A stretch of 64,000 nucleotides of DNA, taken from positions 32,001-96,000 of the IMG/VR virus record IMGVR_UViG_3300033067_001743; one strand, 5' to 3'. Below the pieces are notes generated by a model that ran no database searches, had not been told where the DNA came from, and saw only the letters and a program-made list of their open reading frames with translations. Both the position numbers and the translations under genes were made by a program. The DNA is from a virus. Its lineage: Duplodnaviria > Caudoviricetes. Shown here one piece after another: positions 18,929-28,820 of this stretch (position 1 is its first letter; each line of letters opens with the position of its first letter).

Positions 18929-19616
18929 ACAAAAATGTGTGGTTTACTGTCGAAACAATTAAATCATGTAGATTTGTAAATGGATCATACTTATATAGTT
19001 TTTTATACCAGTAATCCAAGTACCTATTATTATCACTTTCTTCTGGTCGGCCATATATAATTTTTCCAGAATATAAATATTTACCAAATTCAACATTTGA
19101 TGTAAATCCGTAAATTCCTTTACTAATTGATCTTGGAAGCCAAAAAACTATTTTATCAGCAAGTTTTAGATAATGATCTTCCCATTCCACAACACTCATA
19201 TAATCCGGCCAAGGTCCACCAGTTTCTGGTTCTGGGAGTATTATAGTTCCGTTAAATCTGGCTTTTCTAAGAAGGGCTAATGCTTCAAATCTCCACAATA
19301 AGGTTTGGCCTTTTCTGGGAGAACATCCTGCTAAAAAAATAGATTCACCAATAATTTCTTTATCATATTGGCCTGTATAAATTATGTTCATTTCAGAGTT
19401 TTTATAAATGTTATATTCTGTATCAAAACTATCATCTGGACTAAATGGTTTATTACAGTATGAGCAAATAAATGAATTACCATCATTTACCCATGTACAA
19501 AACTTCATATCTCCTATGCCATTTTCATCATAAAACTTTTTACAAGTCTTACAATCACATAGATTTAATTTTAAACAATGTGGGCAATAAAATCCACCTA
19601 AAGTTTTATTTGCCAT
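18918..19616 (-). CDS. Zn-finger domain fused to a nucleoside 2-deoxyribosyltransferase-like domain
   Basis: Likely start ATG 19616; CPHC/CDCKTC/CSYC, then SIFLAG...WR...VEWE...AD.IVFW...TSNVEFG. Confidence 0.7.
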   Translation of the reverse strand: MANKTLGGFYCPHCLKLNLCDCKTCKKFYDENGIGDMKFCTWVNDGNSFICSYCNKPFSPDDSFDTEYNIYKNSEMNIIYTGQYDKEIIGESIFLAGCSPRKGQTLLWRFEALALLRKARFNGTIILPEPETGGPWPDYMSVVEWEDHYLKLADKIVFWLPRSISKGIYGFTSNVEFGKYLYSGKIIYGRPEESDNNRYLDYWYKKLYKYDPFTNLHDLIVSTVNHTFLYEL

Positions 19617-20193
19617 AAGGGAATACATTTTCGTCGTAAAATTTCTGCATAGCATTCCAACAGAATTTAATTTCATCTTCGGAGACTGGGGAAAAATGCC
19701 AAGCATCAACTCCCACATTAATCATTTTAGGTTGAACCTTCCACAATCCATGAATATGACCTGTAATGGAAAAATCTATATTTGTGTCTCTTGACATAGC
19801 AGAAACACACTCTTTTGGGTAATGATTTAAATAAACTGAATTTTCTCCAATTTCTACAAAACCCATATCATATATTTCATCAAAATATTTCTCAAGTTCA
19901 GCAGTTTTACCTTCATCATAATTACCAAGGATTAATTTAAACTTTGTATTCGGATACTTCTCTTTAATTTGAAGTAAAGTATTTTGGTTATACGGGGTAT
20001 AATTTACAAATACATCACCCAAATGCCATACAACGTCTCCATCTTGAAGAGACCTGTCTAAACTTTTTAAAATATTAGCATCACTGTAAATTGTATGTTT
20101 CCAAGGTCTATAAAATAAATTTGGTTTTCCATTATCTCCACCTAATCTGTCTTCTCCAAGATGCCAATCACTTGTAAAGTATGTCATTTTCAA
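19606..20193 (-). CDS. calcineurin-like metallophosphoesterase
   Basis: TSDWH, HLGD, GNYD, NHYP, GHIH, INVGVD. Confidence 0.88.
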   Translation of the reverse strand: MKMTYFTSDWHLGEDRLGGDNGKPNLFYRPWKHTIYSDANILKSLDRSLQDGDVVWHLGDVFVNYTPYNQNTLLQIKEKYPNTKFKLILGNYDEGKTAELEKYFDEIYDMGFVEIGENSVYLNHYPKECVSAMSRDTNIDFSITGHIHGLWKVQPKMINVGVDAWHFSPVSEDEIKFCWNAMQKFYDENVFPYGK

Positions 20194-20386
20194 TTATTTT
20201 GTTTAAAACATTTTTATAATCAATCTCTTTTACTATAATCCATCGAACCTTTAGGAGGTTCATATACTCATCCTTAAAGATCAATTGATCCCTAAGTTTG
20301 GTAGCATCGTCAAAAGACAAAGGAAATGGAGTGTACAATCGTGTATCCCCCATTTCCTTTAATTCAATTACAATCCAATCCTTCAC
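20168..20386 (-). CDS. hypothetical protein
   Basis: 72 aa coupled ORF. Confidence 0.5.
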   Translation of the reverse strand: MKDWIVIELKEMGDTRLYTPFPLSFDDATKLRDQLIFKDEYMNLLKVRWIIVKEIDYKNVLNKIIENDILYK

Positions 20387-20769
20387 TTCTTTCTTTTAGA
20401 AAGTTCTGTGAACATTTCCTCGATTTCAGGGCTGTCTGTAAGAGCCAGATAATCAGCAAGATACTGCTTCAAATCGAAATCTTTAGTTAAAGGACGGATT
20501 TTTGTGTAATAATCAACAGTACGTTTGTTGAGAGCATTTACCAAGTGAACTGTATCCATGTCGGCTATTTTTACAAGTCCATGAGCAGATGAGAAGTAAT
20601 ACCCTTTTGGTACTACTCCACCCAATCGAGTTGGGTTGATGCTTTCTCCTACTAAAGTAGCATATTGAATTAATTGTTCGGCAGTACCTCGAAAGGCTAC
20701 TCCATTGCTGAAATTGTATTCAACTGTTGTTGTTGGTGTGCTTGCTGGCATAATTGATCCTGTTATCAA
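20383..20769 (-). CDS. hypothetical protein downstream of the vWA gene
   Basis: 128 aa ORF; YYFSS..G.V.IADM...HL.NA motif. Confidence 0.65.
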   Translation of the reverse strand: MITGSIMPASTPTTTVEYNFSNGVAFRGTAEQLIQYATLVGESINPTRLGGVVPKGYYFSSAHGLVKIADMDTVHLVNALNKRTVDYYTKIRPLTKDFDLKQYLADYLALTDSPEIEEMFTELSKRKK

Positions 20770-20784
20770 GTTAATAATGTGTTT

Positions 20785-21867
20785 TTATCGTTTGTCAAGT
20801 TCGTACAAGAACTTTGTGCCGGGGTCTAAATCACGAGTATAACTGTTACTTTGAATGTAAATGTCATACTTGCTGGATACTGCTGGAATTTTTCTTGGTG
20901 AAAGAGTTCCGGCTGTTCCATATGGAAGTCCCATTTCTTTCCTGCACCAAACAGTATCAAAATTAGTTTCTCCTGTCAATTTGTCAACAAAAATAACTTC
21001 TTTGTTGGCCTGAATTTTCTCTGATCCAATCAACTCATAGAATCCACGGCCTGCCCTATAAGACAATCCCATATCTTCAACAAACTTCTTAATTTTGACT
21101 TTAAAAGGAACATCAACAACTTGATACTTTCCAAGCATTTCGCTCTTTGAATCAAATTCTGCTGATGTTGAATCTGTGACTCCCTTCAACTTAGCAAACA
21201 TGCTTCTAAAAGCAAGGTTAGTGCTAAATTCAGGTTTTGAACTTTGGAATGTATCCAAGGTTTCATTCTGCTTGTGAAGAATAGCAAGCAAATAATCTGT
21301 AATGTGGCCAAACTGACTTAGATCAAGTTTAATACCATTACTTAGTTTTGCCATTCCATCATAAAAGAATGATGCATCTCTGTTACCAAGGGCTTGAATT
21401 GAATAAATTGGAATGAAAGACTCTCCAAGTTTTGCAGAACGCTCTCTCCAATCAAATTGTTCGGTTTGACCACCTGAGCGATTTCCTTTTTCGTGTGGTG
21501 GTGCATCTCCAATCATAATGCAAAGTTTTTGCTCTGCACTCCAATCAAAAGAAAACATTTCGTTCAAAACATAGGCATATGCTTCTGGATAGTCTCCACC
21601 ACCGTTTGAAGAACCTCTGTTTACAAAGGAAATAATCTTGTTTTGGTCATCAGTAAGTTCTAACCTTTGAACCAAATCACGATCACAATAGTCATTGTGA
21701 ATAATGATACCAATTCGAAGGTTAGGAATGATGGAAAATAGTTGCTTTACCAGATTTTCTATCTGGCTGCGTACTTGTCGGCGTACTGACGACATTGATC
21801 CTGTATCATCAAATGATATGACAAGATCAAGACTTTTTGAAAGTCCTTCTTTAATTTCTACAGTCAT
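20785..21867 (-). CDS. von Willebrand factor A domain protein
   Basis: MIDAS DDTGS, GGGDYPEAY, IGDAPPH, plus a C-terminal GRGFYE...QSNSYTR domain. Confidence 0.88.
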   Translation of the reverse strand: MTVEIKEGLSKSLDLVISFDDTGSMSSVRRQVRSQIENLVKQLFSIIPNLRIGIIIHNDYCDRDLVQRLELTDDQNKIISFVNRGSSNGGGDYPEAYAYVLNEMFSFDWSAEQKLCIMIGDAPPHEKGNRSGGQTEQFDWRERSAKLGESFIPIYSIQALGNRDASFFYDGMAKLSNGIKLDLSQFGHITDYLLAILHKQNETLDTFQSSKPEFSTNLAFRSMFAKLKGVTDSTSAEFDSKSEMLGKYQVVDVPFKVKIKKFVEDMGLSYRAGRGFYELIGSEKIQANKEVIFVDKLTGETNFDTVWCRKEMGLPYGTAGTLSPRKIPAVSSKYDIYIQSNSYTRDLDPGTKFLYELDKR

Positions 21868-21871
21868 AGTT

Positions 21872-22522
21872 TTATTGTTTTGGTTTTAATTTCCAACCTT
21901 TATGTTGAGATTTCTTTTCATTTACAACTTCACTCATTTTTGAAGGAGATAAGTTTTGATTCTTACAAAACTCCTTCATGTTTTTAACACCATATACTAC
22001 ATCATCCGGCGAAATTAAATATATTGTAGACTTGACATCTTCTATCCTTTGAAGTCTATATTTCACATGATCTGGATTTTGCTTCTTCCCCTTAAAAGCA
22101 GTTCTCCATTTTTGACGAGTTTCTTCACTTGGAACCCACCCTTTGTGGGACTCTGATAAATTTTTACGGGCTTCTTCCGTAACAACTCTTCCTAAATTTA
22201 TTTTGGAAATTTTATTTTTAGTTTCATCAGATAATAACCCTCTACCTTGTCCTGCCTTTAAATTGTATCCATTAGGTGAAAAAGTATTTAATTCCTTTAC
22301 CCAATAAATTTCCATTTCATCTAACTCTTCCTGAGTATTACATCTGCAAATCTCCTCAATTGTAAAGTACTCCCTACCATATTTTTTAATTGCTTTGGCA
22401 ATTGGCATACAATCGTGCGCAGACTTCCAACAATGTCTCTGAAATCTCTTCTCCAAAGTACCATGAGTTTGTCCTACATATTGTTTTTTATTTATTGAGT
22501 TTGAAATTATATATATTATCAA
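21872..22522 (-). CDS. GIY-YIG homing endonuclease with NUMOD3-type repeats
   Basis: IIYII...YVGQT...R...E...GYN; SDETKNKIS/TEEARKNLS/SEETRQKW repeats. Confidence 0.9.
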   Translation of the reverse strand: MIIYIISNSINKKQYVGQTHGTLEKRFQRHCWKSAHDCMPIAKAIKKYGREYFTIEEICRCNTQEELDEMEIYWVKELNTFSPNGYNLKAGQGRGLLSDETKNKISKINLGRVVTEEARKNLSESHKGWVPSEETRQKWRTAFKGKKQNPDHVKYRLQRIEDVKSTIYLISPDDVVYGVKNMKEFCKNQNLSPSKMSEVVNEKKSQHKGWKLKPKQ

Positions 22523-22950
22523 AACAATTCACTCCTTACTTTCATAAGTAATTTACCTAATAAATTGGAACCTACTCCATTATGTTTTGAACAATAGCAA
22601 ATACCCCAACAGACATCACACCAGCGATTTCCTTCAATAAGGTAAGCATCGCCCGTTTCAAGGAGTTTTTCCCTTAAAATTGGATTTGAGTACTTTATTT
22701 TCAGAATGTCGTACATGACAGTTTCTTTAACCTGTTCCCAATCAGACCTAAGTGTAAGGTCTCTTCCGGCTCTTTTGGCTTTGCCGGGTGTATCTAAATT
22801 TGATACATGCTTACGCTGTTCTACATCAAGCGTTTTGGCTGCTTGATAAGCATGTTCAGAAGTTGGATAAGTTATACCTTCATACGGTATCCAACAACTA
22901 TAGAAGTTGGAGAGAAATCTATACTTCCCTTCAAAGAAATTTATAACCAT
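22519..22950 (-). CDS. NADAR family protein (YbiA-like)
   Basis: FLSNFY, TSEHAYQAAK, W...K...M, LLETGD..LIEGN.W.D..WG...G.NLLG.LLM.VR. Confidence 0.92.
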   Translation of the reverse strand: MVINFFEGKYRFLSNFYSCWIPYEGITYPTSEHAYQAAKTLDVEQRKHVSNLDTPGKAKRAGRDLTLRSDWEQVKETVMYDILKIKYSNPILREKLLETGDAYLIEGNRWCDVCWGICYCSKHNGVGSNLLGKLLMKVRSELF

Positions 22951-23047
22951 ATTCTGGATGTATTACAATGTAATATAGCCCATAAGCAAGGACTAATTGA
23001 AATATAATAAGACCTATTGCTATCCAACCTTTTCTTCTCTTAACCAT
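22931..23047 (-). CDS. small membrane protein (38 aa)
   Basis: Hand-translated MVKRRKGWIAIGLIIFQLVLAYGLYYIVIHPEYGYKFL; first ORF after a promoter. Confidence 0.5.
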   Translation of the reverse strand: MVKRRKGWIAIGLIIFQLVLAYGLYYIVIHPEYGYKFL

Positions 23048-23060
23048 CTTAATTTTGCTA

Positions 23061-23092
23061 CAAAGATACAAATATTATATTTACAATCCTAA
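23061..23092 (-). promoter_or_regulatory. Bacteroidota sigma-A type promoter
   Basis: TTAG-N20-TATCTTTG; intergenic. Confidence 0.7.
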
Positions 23093-23111
23093 TACTTTAA
23101 CATTTCATTAA

Positions 23112-23591
23112 CTATTTTCCGGTTGATCCATAACCCGATTCACCACGTTCTGATAAACTAAGTTCTTCTGCTTCTTCAATCTCAATTTTTGGATATGGCA
23201 TGATTACCATTTGACCAATCCTTTGCCCAACTTCCCAACAGTCACAATTTGCATATCTATTTCCAACTGTTTCAAATGTCTCATCATCATATTTGTAGTA
23301 TTCTGATATTGGAGTATAGTACATAAACTTAATTTCTCCTCTGTATCCAGAATCCACTACTCCAACAGAATTAGAAAGTATTTGGGATGTTTTGAAGTTT
23401 GAACTTCTTGGGAATATGAAGCCAACATAACCTTCTGGTATTTCTACTGCCAATCCGGTTCCATATTCAATGTAACCTTCTTTGATTACTGCTGATGTTG
23501 CTGTTAAATCAAGTCCTGCATCACCTGCTTTAGCATACGAGGGAATAACTGCATCTGGATGCAATTTTTTAAATTTTACTTTCATTTTCAA
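23112..23591 (-). CDS. dut: trimeric dUTPase
   Basis: AGLDL, PRSS, GVVDSGYRGEI, RIGQ, RGESGYGSTG. Confidence 0.95.
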   Translation of the reverse strand: MKMKVKFKKLHPDAVIPSYAKAGDAGLDLTATSAVIKEGYIEYGTGLAVEIPEGYVGFIFPRSSNFKTSQILSNSVGVVDSGYRGEIKFMYYTPISEYYKYDDETFETVGNRYANCDCWEVGQRIGQMVIMPYPKIEIEEAEELSLSERGESGYGSTGK

Positions 23592-23862
23592 TTAAATTTT
23601 TAAGTATATCACCATGACAAGGTTTTGGATGACACCAACAGCCTAATGTTTTGTCTTTTAATTCATGTAAATCTTTTAAAAGGTAAGAACCTTCACCTGT
23701 TGTTATCCAATCTTGATAAGATTTTATTGCTTCTTCTCTACTTGAAACAACATACTTGGCTAAGGTTCTTCCATCCTGTATATGTGTAAAAGGATTCCCC
23801 CACTTAGTAGGTCTACCAATATACACATCATAAGGTTCTTTTTTACAATGTACTACTTTCAT
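23569..23862 (-). CDS. DUF4326 family protein
   Basis: DVYIGRPTKWGNPF...LGCWCHPKPCHGDIL. Confidence 0.9.
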   Translation of the reverse strand: MKVVHCKKEPYDVYIGRPTKWGNPFTHIQDGRTLAKYVVSSREEAIKSYQDWITTGEGSYLLKDLHELKDKTLGCWCHPKPCHGDILKNLIENESKI

Positions 23863-23880
23863 CCTTGGGTTTTTAGTGGT

Positions 23881-24399
23881 TTACCACAATTCTGGAAATA
23901 GTTTTGTTGTTGAAAATCTCTTGTGATCTTTACGCCATGTAGAAGGTCGAACCTTTCTGCCAGAAACAGACCAAAATCCGATCTTCTTTGCTTTAACAGT
24001 CTCATGTAAGGCTTGTAACTTGTTCTTCGTTTCTACAGCCATTTTAGGCTCTGAGAGCCACCATGCAAGACCATTTTCGATTAGATATTCAGTTACATCT
24101 ATTTTTGAGTCTTCTAAAGTAAGGCTAACCTTGCATATCATCCTTTGATACATGTCTCTGAATAGGGTTTCTACAGTAACTGTTTTTCCCTTTAAAAATT
24201 CTCTAAGTTTGTTTCCACTTTCAACACCATATGGTTGACTTTGGGTTACATAGTTTGAAATTACTTCTGGTGCATCACAGCCATACAATCTAACCCAAAC
24301 CACTTCTCCATCTTCGAACTGAACCTTGATTGAGTCTCCATCATGTACTGCTTTGACTATTCCTGTTTTTGTTTCTTTTGGTACTATTGCGTAACGCAT
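23881..24399 (-). CDS. thermonuclease (SNase-like)
   Basis: VHDGDSI, VRLYGCDAPE, QPYG, D.Y.R, GLAW. Confidence 0.9.
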   Translation of the reverse strand: MRYAIVPKETKTGIVKAVHDGDSIKVQFEDGEVVWVRLYGCDAPEVISNYVTQSQPYGVESGNKLREFLKGKTVTVETLFRDMYQRMICKVSLTLEDSKIDVTEYLIENGLAWWLSEPKMAVETKNKLQALHETVKAKKIGFWSVSGRKVRPSTWRKDHKRFSTTKLFPELW

Positions 24400-24410
24400 T
24401 TTAATTCTCC

Positions 24411-24608
24411 TTATTTACCTTTATGCCATGATAACGACATGAAATGTACACTTAAACAAATTAGAACAAATCCAGAAAAAGTTTGTAAAAAGGTTATTCC
24501 CGGTTGACTAAAAATGTCTAAGATATTGTTTATGCAAAATTGCAAAAGTAGTAGTATGGTCCCATACACTACTATTATTTGAATTATGTTTATTATTATT
24601 CTACCCAT
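24411..24608 (-). CDS. small two-TM membrane protein
   Basis: Two hydrophobic segments. Confidence 0.55.
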   Translation of the reverse strand: MGRIIINIIQIIVVYGTILLLLQFCINNILDIFSQPGITFLQTFSGFVLICLSVHFMSLSWHKGK

Positions 24609-24982
24609 TCAAGTGATTTTAATTTTGAACCTTCTTCTAAAAGATGATTTGCTATTGTGAATAATGTTTGAGTTATGTATTGTATATCAGTATTATCTAC
24701 AACCAATAATGGGTCTTTTAATATAGATACATCTTTAATAATTTGCAATACATGTTCTTCTAGCAGTTCATCAGATGCCACTATTATTTTATTATTAAGC
24801 ATCATTCCAACCCAATCTATAAACCTTAAATCTTGTATATATGGTTTGCCTAAAATTAAACCTTTGAATATTATAGATTTAGGATGTAAAACACCATCTT
24901 TATATTCTAAATAATGATACCTTGGTGTTTCGATGGTATATTCTACTCCATCATTTGTTATCTTCATTTTTTGTGTTGCCAT
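24596..24982 (-). CDS. hypothetical protein
   Basis: 128 aa ORF. Confidence 0.55.
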   Translation of the reverse strand: MATQKMKITNDGVEYTIETPRYHYLEYKDGVLHPKSIIFKGLILGKPYIQDLRFIDWVGMMLNNKIIVASDELLEEHVLQIIKDVSILKDPLLVVDNTDIQYITQTLFTIANHLLEEGSKLKSLEWVE

Positions 24983-25535
24983 GTTCTGCTATTTTTTTAC
25001 AAAGTTCTATGAAATATTTTTCATCAAATATATTTTTCATACGATTTACATTTTTATGTACCCATTGTATGTTCTCTCTATGGTATCCTACATTTGAATC
25101 AATTCTATCAATAGATGCTGTATTTATTTTATTATCATCTGATATGACTAATGATACACCAGATAAAGCACATTTTCTATCTTGTTTTTTAAATATATCC
25201 CATGCTTCGGATATAGTAATAGTCACACCCATTAATTTTCTTTTCTCCCCTCTATTTTTCAAATTTCTAAGAACACGCCTATTCCACCAATTTCCAGAAA
25301 TTTCTTCAAATCCTTGTGTCTTTTGAATACCGTTTGATGCCAAACATCCACAAGAAATGGGAATTTTTTGTTTATGAGTTAGCCTTCCTGATGTGGTATG
25401 GTATTCTTTATTACATGCAGTACAAAGACAAATCCACATCACAGATTTGTTTTTCTGTTTATTTACTGCCTCACTTCTTCTAAGAACTATTAGATAGTTT
25501 ATCTTTAATCCAGTTAAGTCTACAAATTTTCCCAT
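24951..25535 (-). CDS. HNH-type endonuclease (putative homing endonuclease)
   Basis: DLTG..., W.C.C..C, SCGC, Q..KCALSG, SIDRIDS..GY...NIQWV...VN.MK. Confidence 0.8.
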   Translation of the reverse strand: MGKFVDLTGLKINYLIVLRRSEAVNKQKNKSVMWICLCTACNKEYHTTSGRLTHKQKIPISCGCLASNGIQKTQGFEEISGNWWNRRVLRNLKNRGEKRKLMGVTITISEAWDIFKKQDRKCALSGVSLVISDDNKINTASIDRIDSNVGYHRENIQWVHKNVNRMKNIFDEKYFIELCKKIAEHGNTKNEDNK

Positions 25536-25538
25536 ATT

Positions 25539-27395
25539 TCATTTTATTTCGCATTGTCCACCTACACAAGCCAATTCACCTTGTAAATTAGTTTCATCAT
25601 CAATTTCAACAACCTTAGATAGGTCAATTGCTGTTAAGGTTCCTATTAGTTCTTCGTACTTTTCTTCTGTAATTGTTTCGAATGGTGCTTGTATGTATGA
25701 TCCATTATCATATGGTAATACTGATAATCCATTGTATGAATTTCTATTTTCCCACATCCATTCTCCAACACTTTCCCACTCTTCGGGCTTTATTGATACT
25801 GTTGCTGATACATTGTGAGTATTTTGTCCATCAATGTGTCCTTTATAAATCCATCTATTGAAAAACTGTTTTACCCTTTCTAATAACTCTATTGGAGATT
25901 CATGTCTCAAGATCGAACCTTTTGGTGCCTTTTGAGGGATTGATATTACAGCAGTGTCATGTGGTCTAAAATATTCATCTTCAATTAGTTCTGGATGAAA
26001 CATAAATAGATAACTATAAATGGCTTCATTCTTATTAACTCTAATTCTACGAATATAGTATTCATCATGCCAAGCATGTATTCCAGATGAAGAGCCAAGT
26101 ACTAAACTACTTGTTCCGGCTGGTTTAACTGTTGTTGTTCTTGCAGAACGGTTAATTCCAATTTCTTTAGAAGTATTTTCATTTACAAGTTTTACAATAT
26201 TTGCTGCTGCTTCAAGGTTTAATGATAGAACCTTTCCTGATCCAATTCCTGTCATAGATACTCCAATCAAAGCATCTTTCTCTGTTGTTCTCTTCCACAC
26301 TGGTCTCAAGTAGTGAAAATCTGTGTATGCTGCTTGTAAAGTTCCAATAAATGCTGCTGCTGCAACTCTCTCCTCTAAATCTTGTTGATCTTCCACATCA
26401 GATACATTTACTTCACATAAGTTACAGAATTGAAATGGTCTCAATGCAATTTCACAACATGGATTAGTTCCCCATGACTTATCATTGCTTAAATAAATTC
26501 CGGGTTCACCAGCATTAGAATTTTCAATCCTTTTCCATAAATCTAAGAAATAATCTTTTGTTACTTTATGTCTCAGTAGAACAGCAGAATTATTTGCTCT
26601 GCCAAATTGAGGGTTTAATTCCCACCAATTACCACTTTTACAAGATAACATTTCCTCATCATCAGCATTGAACAATGATATTAATGCTGCCCTCCTTATT
26701 CCACCAGTTAAGACTGCATCTGCAATGTGACAAATTATGGAATGAACTTCTATTGCTTTTAATTTATCTCCATCTTCTTTACTTGATAATATCCCTTCTA
26801 TTTTAACAAGACATTCTTTAAGAGGTTGTGGGCCGGGTGCTTTACCACCTGATGTAATCAACCTTGCTCCTTTTGCTCTAATATCTCCAAAATCAAAATT
26901 AACAGTTGATCCACCTTGAAAATAAGACTTCATCAATACTTTTATTGCATCTGCCCAACCTTCAATATTATCCGCTACCAACCATCTTCTACTTCTATCT
27001 TTCCTTGGTTTTCTTATTTCTGGCAACTTTTCAACATGATGGTTTTGAACTGAAAATCCAACCCCTGTTCCACCAAGTAATAAAAACATTACCTCAGAAA
27101 ATGCCCGCCAATCATCAATAGGCAAAAATGCACAATTATAAATTCTAGTTGGATTTATTTCAATAGGTTTTCCGGCAAATTGTAAAGACCTCATTGAAGG
27201 AAGTACCTTTTTATCCCTTACTAACTTATATGCTTTATCTATTGACTCTTTAAGTTGAGGAAATTTTTTCGTGTGCATCTCAATATTCCTATCTACTAAC
27301 TCATCCCACGTTTCTCTTCTTTGTTTTGATGGTATGTATTTAGCATACTTCATAAAAACTGTCAATTCACTTAAAATTTTTTGGCTAACATCCAT
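25539..27395 (-). CDS. nrdJ: class II (B12-dependent) ribonucleotide reductase
   Basis: PSMR, NCAF, TNPCCEI, FCNL, TTVKPAGT, C-terminal CVGGQC; no beta subunit nearby. Confidence 0.92.
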   Translation of the reverse strand: MDVSQKILSELTVFMKYAKYIPSKQRRETWDELVDRNIEMHTKKFPQLKESIDKAYKLVRDKKVLPSMRSLQFAGKPIEINPTRIYNCAFLPIDDWRAFSEVMFLLLGGTGVGFSVQNHHVEKLPEIRKPRKDRSRRWLVADNIEGWADAIKVLMKSYFQGGSTVNFDFGDIRAKGARLITSGGKAPGPQPLKECLVKIEGILSSKEDGDKLKAIEVHSIICHIADAVLTGGIRRAALISLFNADDEEMLSCKSGNWWELNPQFGRANNSAVLLRHKVTKDYFLDLWKRIENSNAGEPGIYLSNDKSWGTNPCCEIALRPFQFCNLCEVNVSDVEDQQDLEERVAAAAFIGTLQAAYTDFHYLRPVWKRTTEKDALIGVSMTGIGSGKVLSLNLEAAANIVKLVNENTSKEIGINRSARTTTVKPAGTSSLVLGSSSGIHAWHDEYYIRRIRVNKNEAIYSYLFMFHPELIEDEYFRPHDTAVISIPQKAPKGSILRHESPIELLERVKQFFNRWIYKGHIDGQNTHNVSATVSIKPEEWESVGEWMWENRNSYNGLSVLPYDNGSYIQAPFETITEEKYEELIGTLTAIDLSKVVEIDDETNLQGELACVGGQCEIK

Positions 27396-27419
27396 GTAAT
27401 TATTTTCTCCTTTTATTGA

Positions 27420-28820
27420 TTAAAATAAGCCATCAGGCGGCTCAACTCTATCTTGTTTTGCAAATTGCAAATATTTATCTTGTGCTACTTGCTTTAAATA
27501 CTTTTCATCAGAAACCATGTCATTTGATGTTTTCTTTCCTTTTGTTGATTGTGGTGGATATAATTCAATTAATCCAATTTCTGTATCAACCTTACTTGGA
27601 AATGTTAATCCATCTGGACCTAACCTTGATTTAGGTACGTGTACTCTGGCTGTCTTATTCTGCTTGTCTTTCTCTTTTCTTGATACAGTCATTAGAAAAT
27701 CAACTGCAAATAACTTTGAATATGCGTTTGATATTCTATTTGTTCCAATTACATCTTCCTCGCTTCCATCCCTATTACTCTGGTCTGCTGACCAAAGTGC
27801 TACATTTTTTGTTCCAGCCATTCCTCTCAAATCCTTATATAACTCTCCCAGAACCTTTACTTCCCCAAGATTAGTATTAAAATCAATCTTTAAAAGTTCT
27901 ACATAATCAAGTACTATTAAATCTGGAACAACTCCATTCATAATGAACCTTTCTATATGTGCCTCAAGACCTTGCAGTGAAAGTGTTCCGGGAGGAAATT
28001 CTTTTATAAAGAGTTTTCCTTGGTATTTTGACAAATCTTTCTTAACTTTTTCAATGTTATACTTTAAGTTATTGAATGGAATCCCTGTTATAATTGCATC
28101 GTATCTTTGGGCTACATAAGTATCATCTAATTCCAAAGTATAGTGTAGAACAGTCTTTCCCATTTTTAGTGCATGTGCGCCTATTGCTGCCAAAAACCAC
28201 GATTTACCGATTCCAGTTGGTGCCATTACAATACCTAACTTTTTCTTAGGTAATCCACCACTTGTCATATCATTTATTACTTGCCACGGAGTTTCAATTT
28301 TCTCATCATTTGCTTCTTCTGTGTACCTATAATCAATATCTTTTAAATAATCAAGTCCCATATCAACCTGCATATTAACTCGCTTATTCAACTCCTTTAA
28401 TGCAGACTCTATTTTTTCATAATTTTTAGATTCCCAGTGCTCTACTCCATCTACTAAAAATTTCTTATACTCTTGATTAACGCAAAATTGCTTAATGTCT
28501 TTTTTAATGTATTCAAGATCATTACTGCCAATTGCTGTCCAAACATCTCTTAATGCACTCACCACTTCTTTTTTAAAAATACCATCATTATCAAGTTTAG
28601 ATACTTCAATGTGAAATACTTCTAATGTTGGCATCAACCTAAACTCTTTAAAATACAACAAAGTTTTTTCGCATATCCACTTTAATGATTTACTGCTGAA
28701 ATAAGATGGTTCAAATGTATCCAGTATTTGACTGGTAAAATCTCTATCAGTTATAATAGAGGTCATTATTTTCACTTGAGTATGATAACCATATTCAAAT
28801 GTCTCTATGTTGTTGACCAT
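27420..28820 (-). CDS. replicative SF4 helicase (DnaB/T4 gp41-like)
   Basis: Walker A APTGIGKS, TLE, LDYVEL, ADQSNR, KSRLG. Confidence 0.92.
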   Translation of the reverse strand: MVNNIETFEYGYHTQVKIMTSIITDRDFTSQILDTFEPSYFSSKSLKWICEKTLLYFKEFRLMPTLEVFHIEVSKLDNDGIFKKEVVSALRDVWTAIGSNDLEYIKKDIKQFCVNQEYKKFLVDGVEHWESKNYEKIESALKELNKRVNMQVDMGLDYLKDIDYRYTEEANDEKIETPWQVINDMTSGGLPKKKLGIVMAPTGIGKSWFLAAIGAHALKMGKTVLHYTLELDDTYVAQRYDAIITGIPFNNLKYNIEKVKKDLSKYQGKLFIKEFPPGTLSLQGLEAHIERFIMNGVVPDLIVLDYVELLKIDFNTNLGEVKVLGELYKDLRGMAGTKNVALWSADQSNRDGSEEDVIGTNRISNAYSKLFAVDFLMTVSRKEKDKQNKTARVHVPKSRLGPDGLTFPSKVDTEIGLIELYPPQSTKGKKTSNDMVSDEKYLKQVAQDKYLQFAKQDRVEPPDGLF

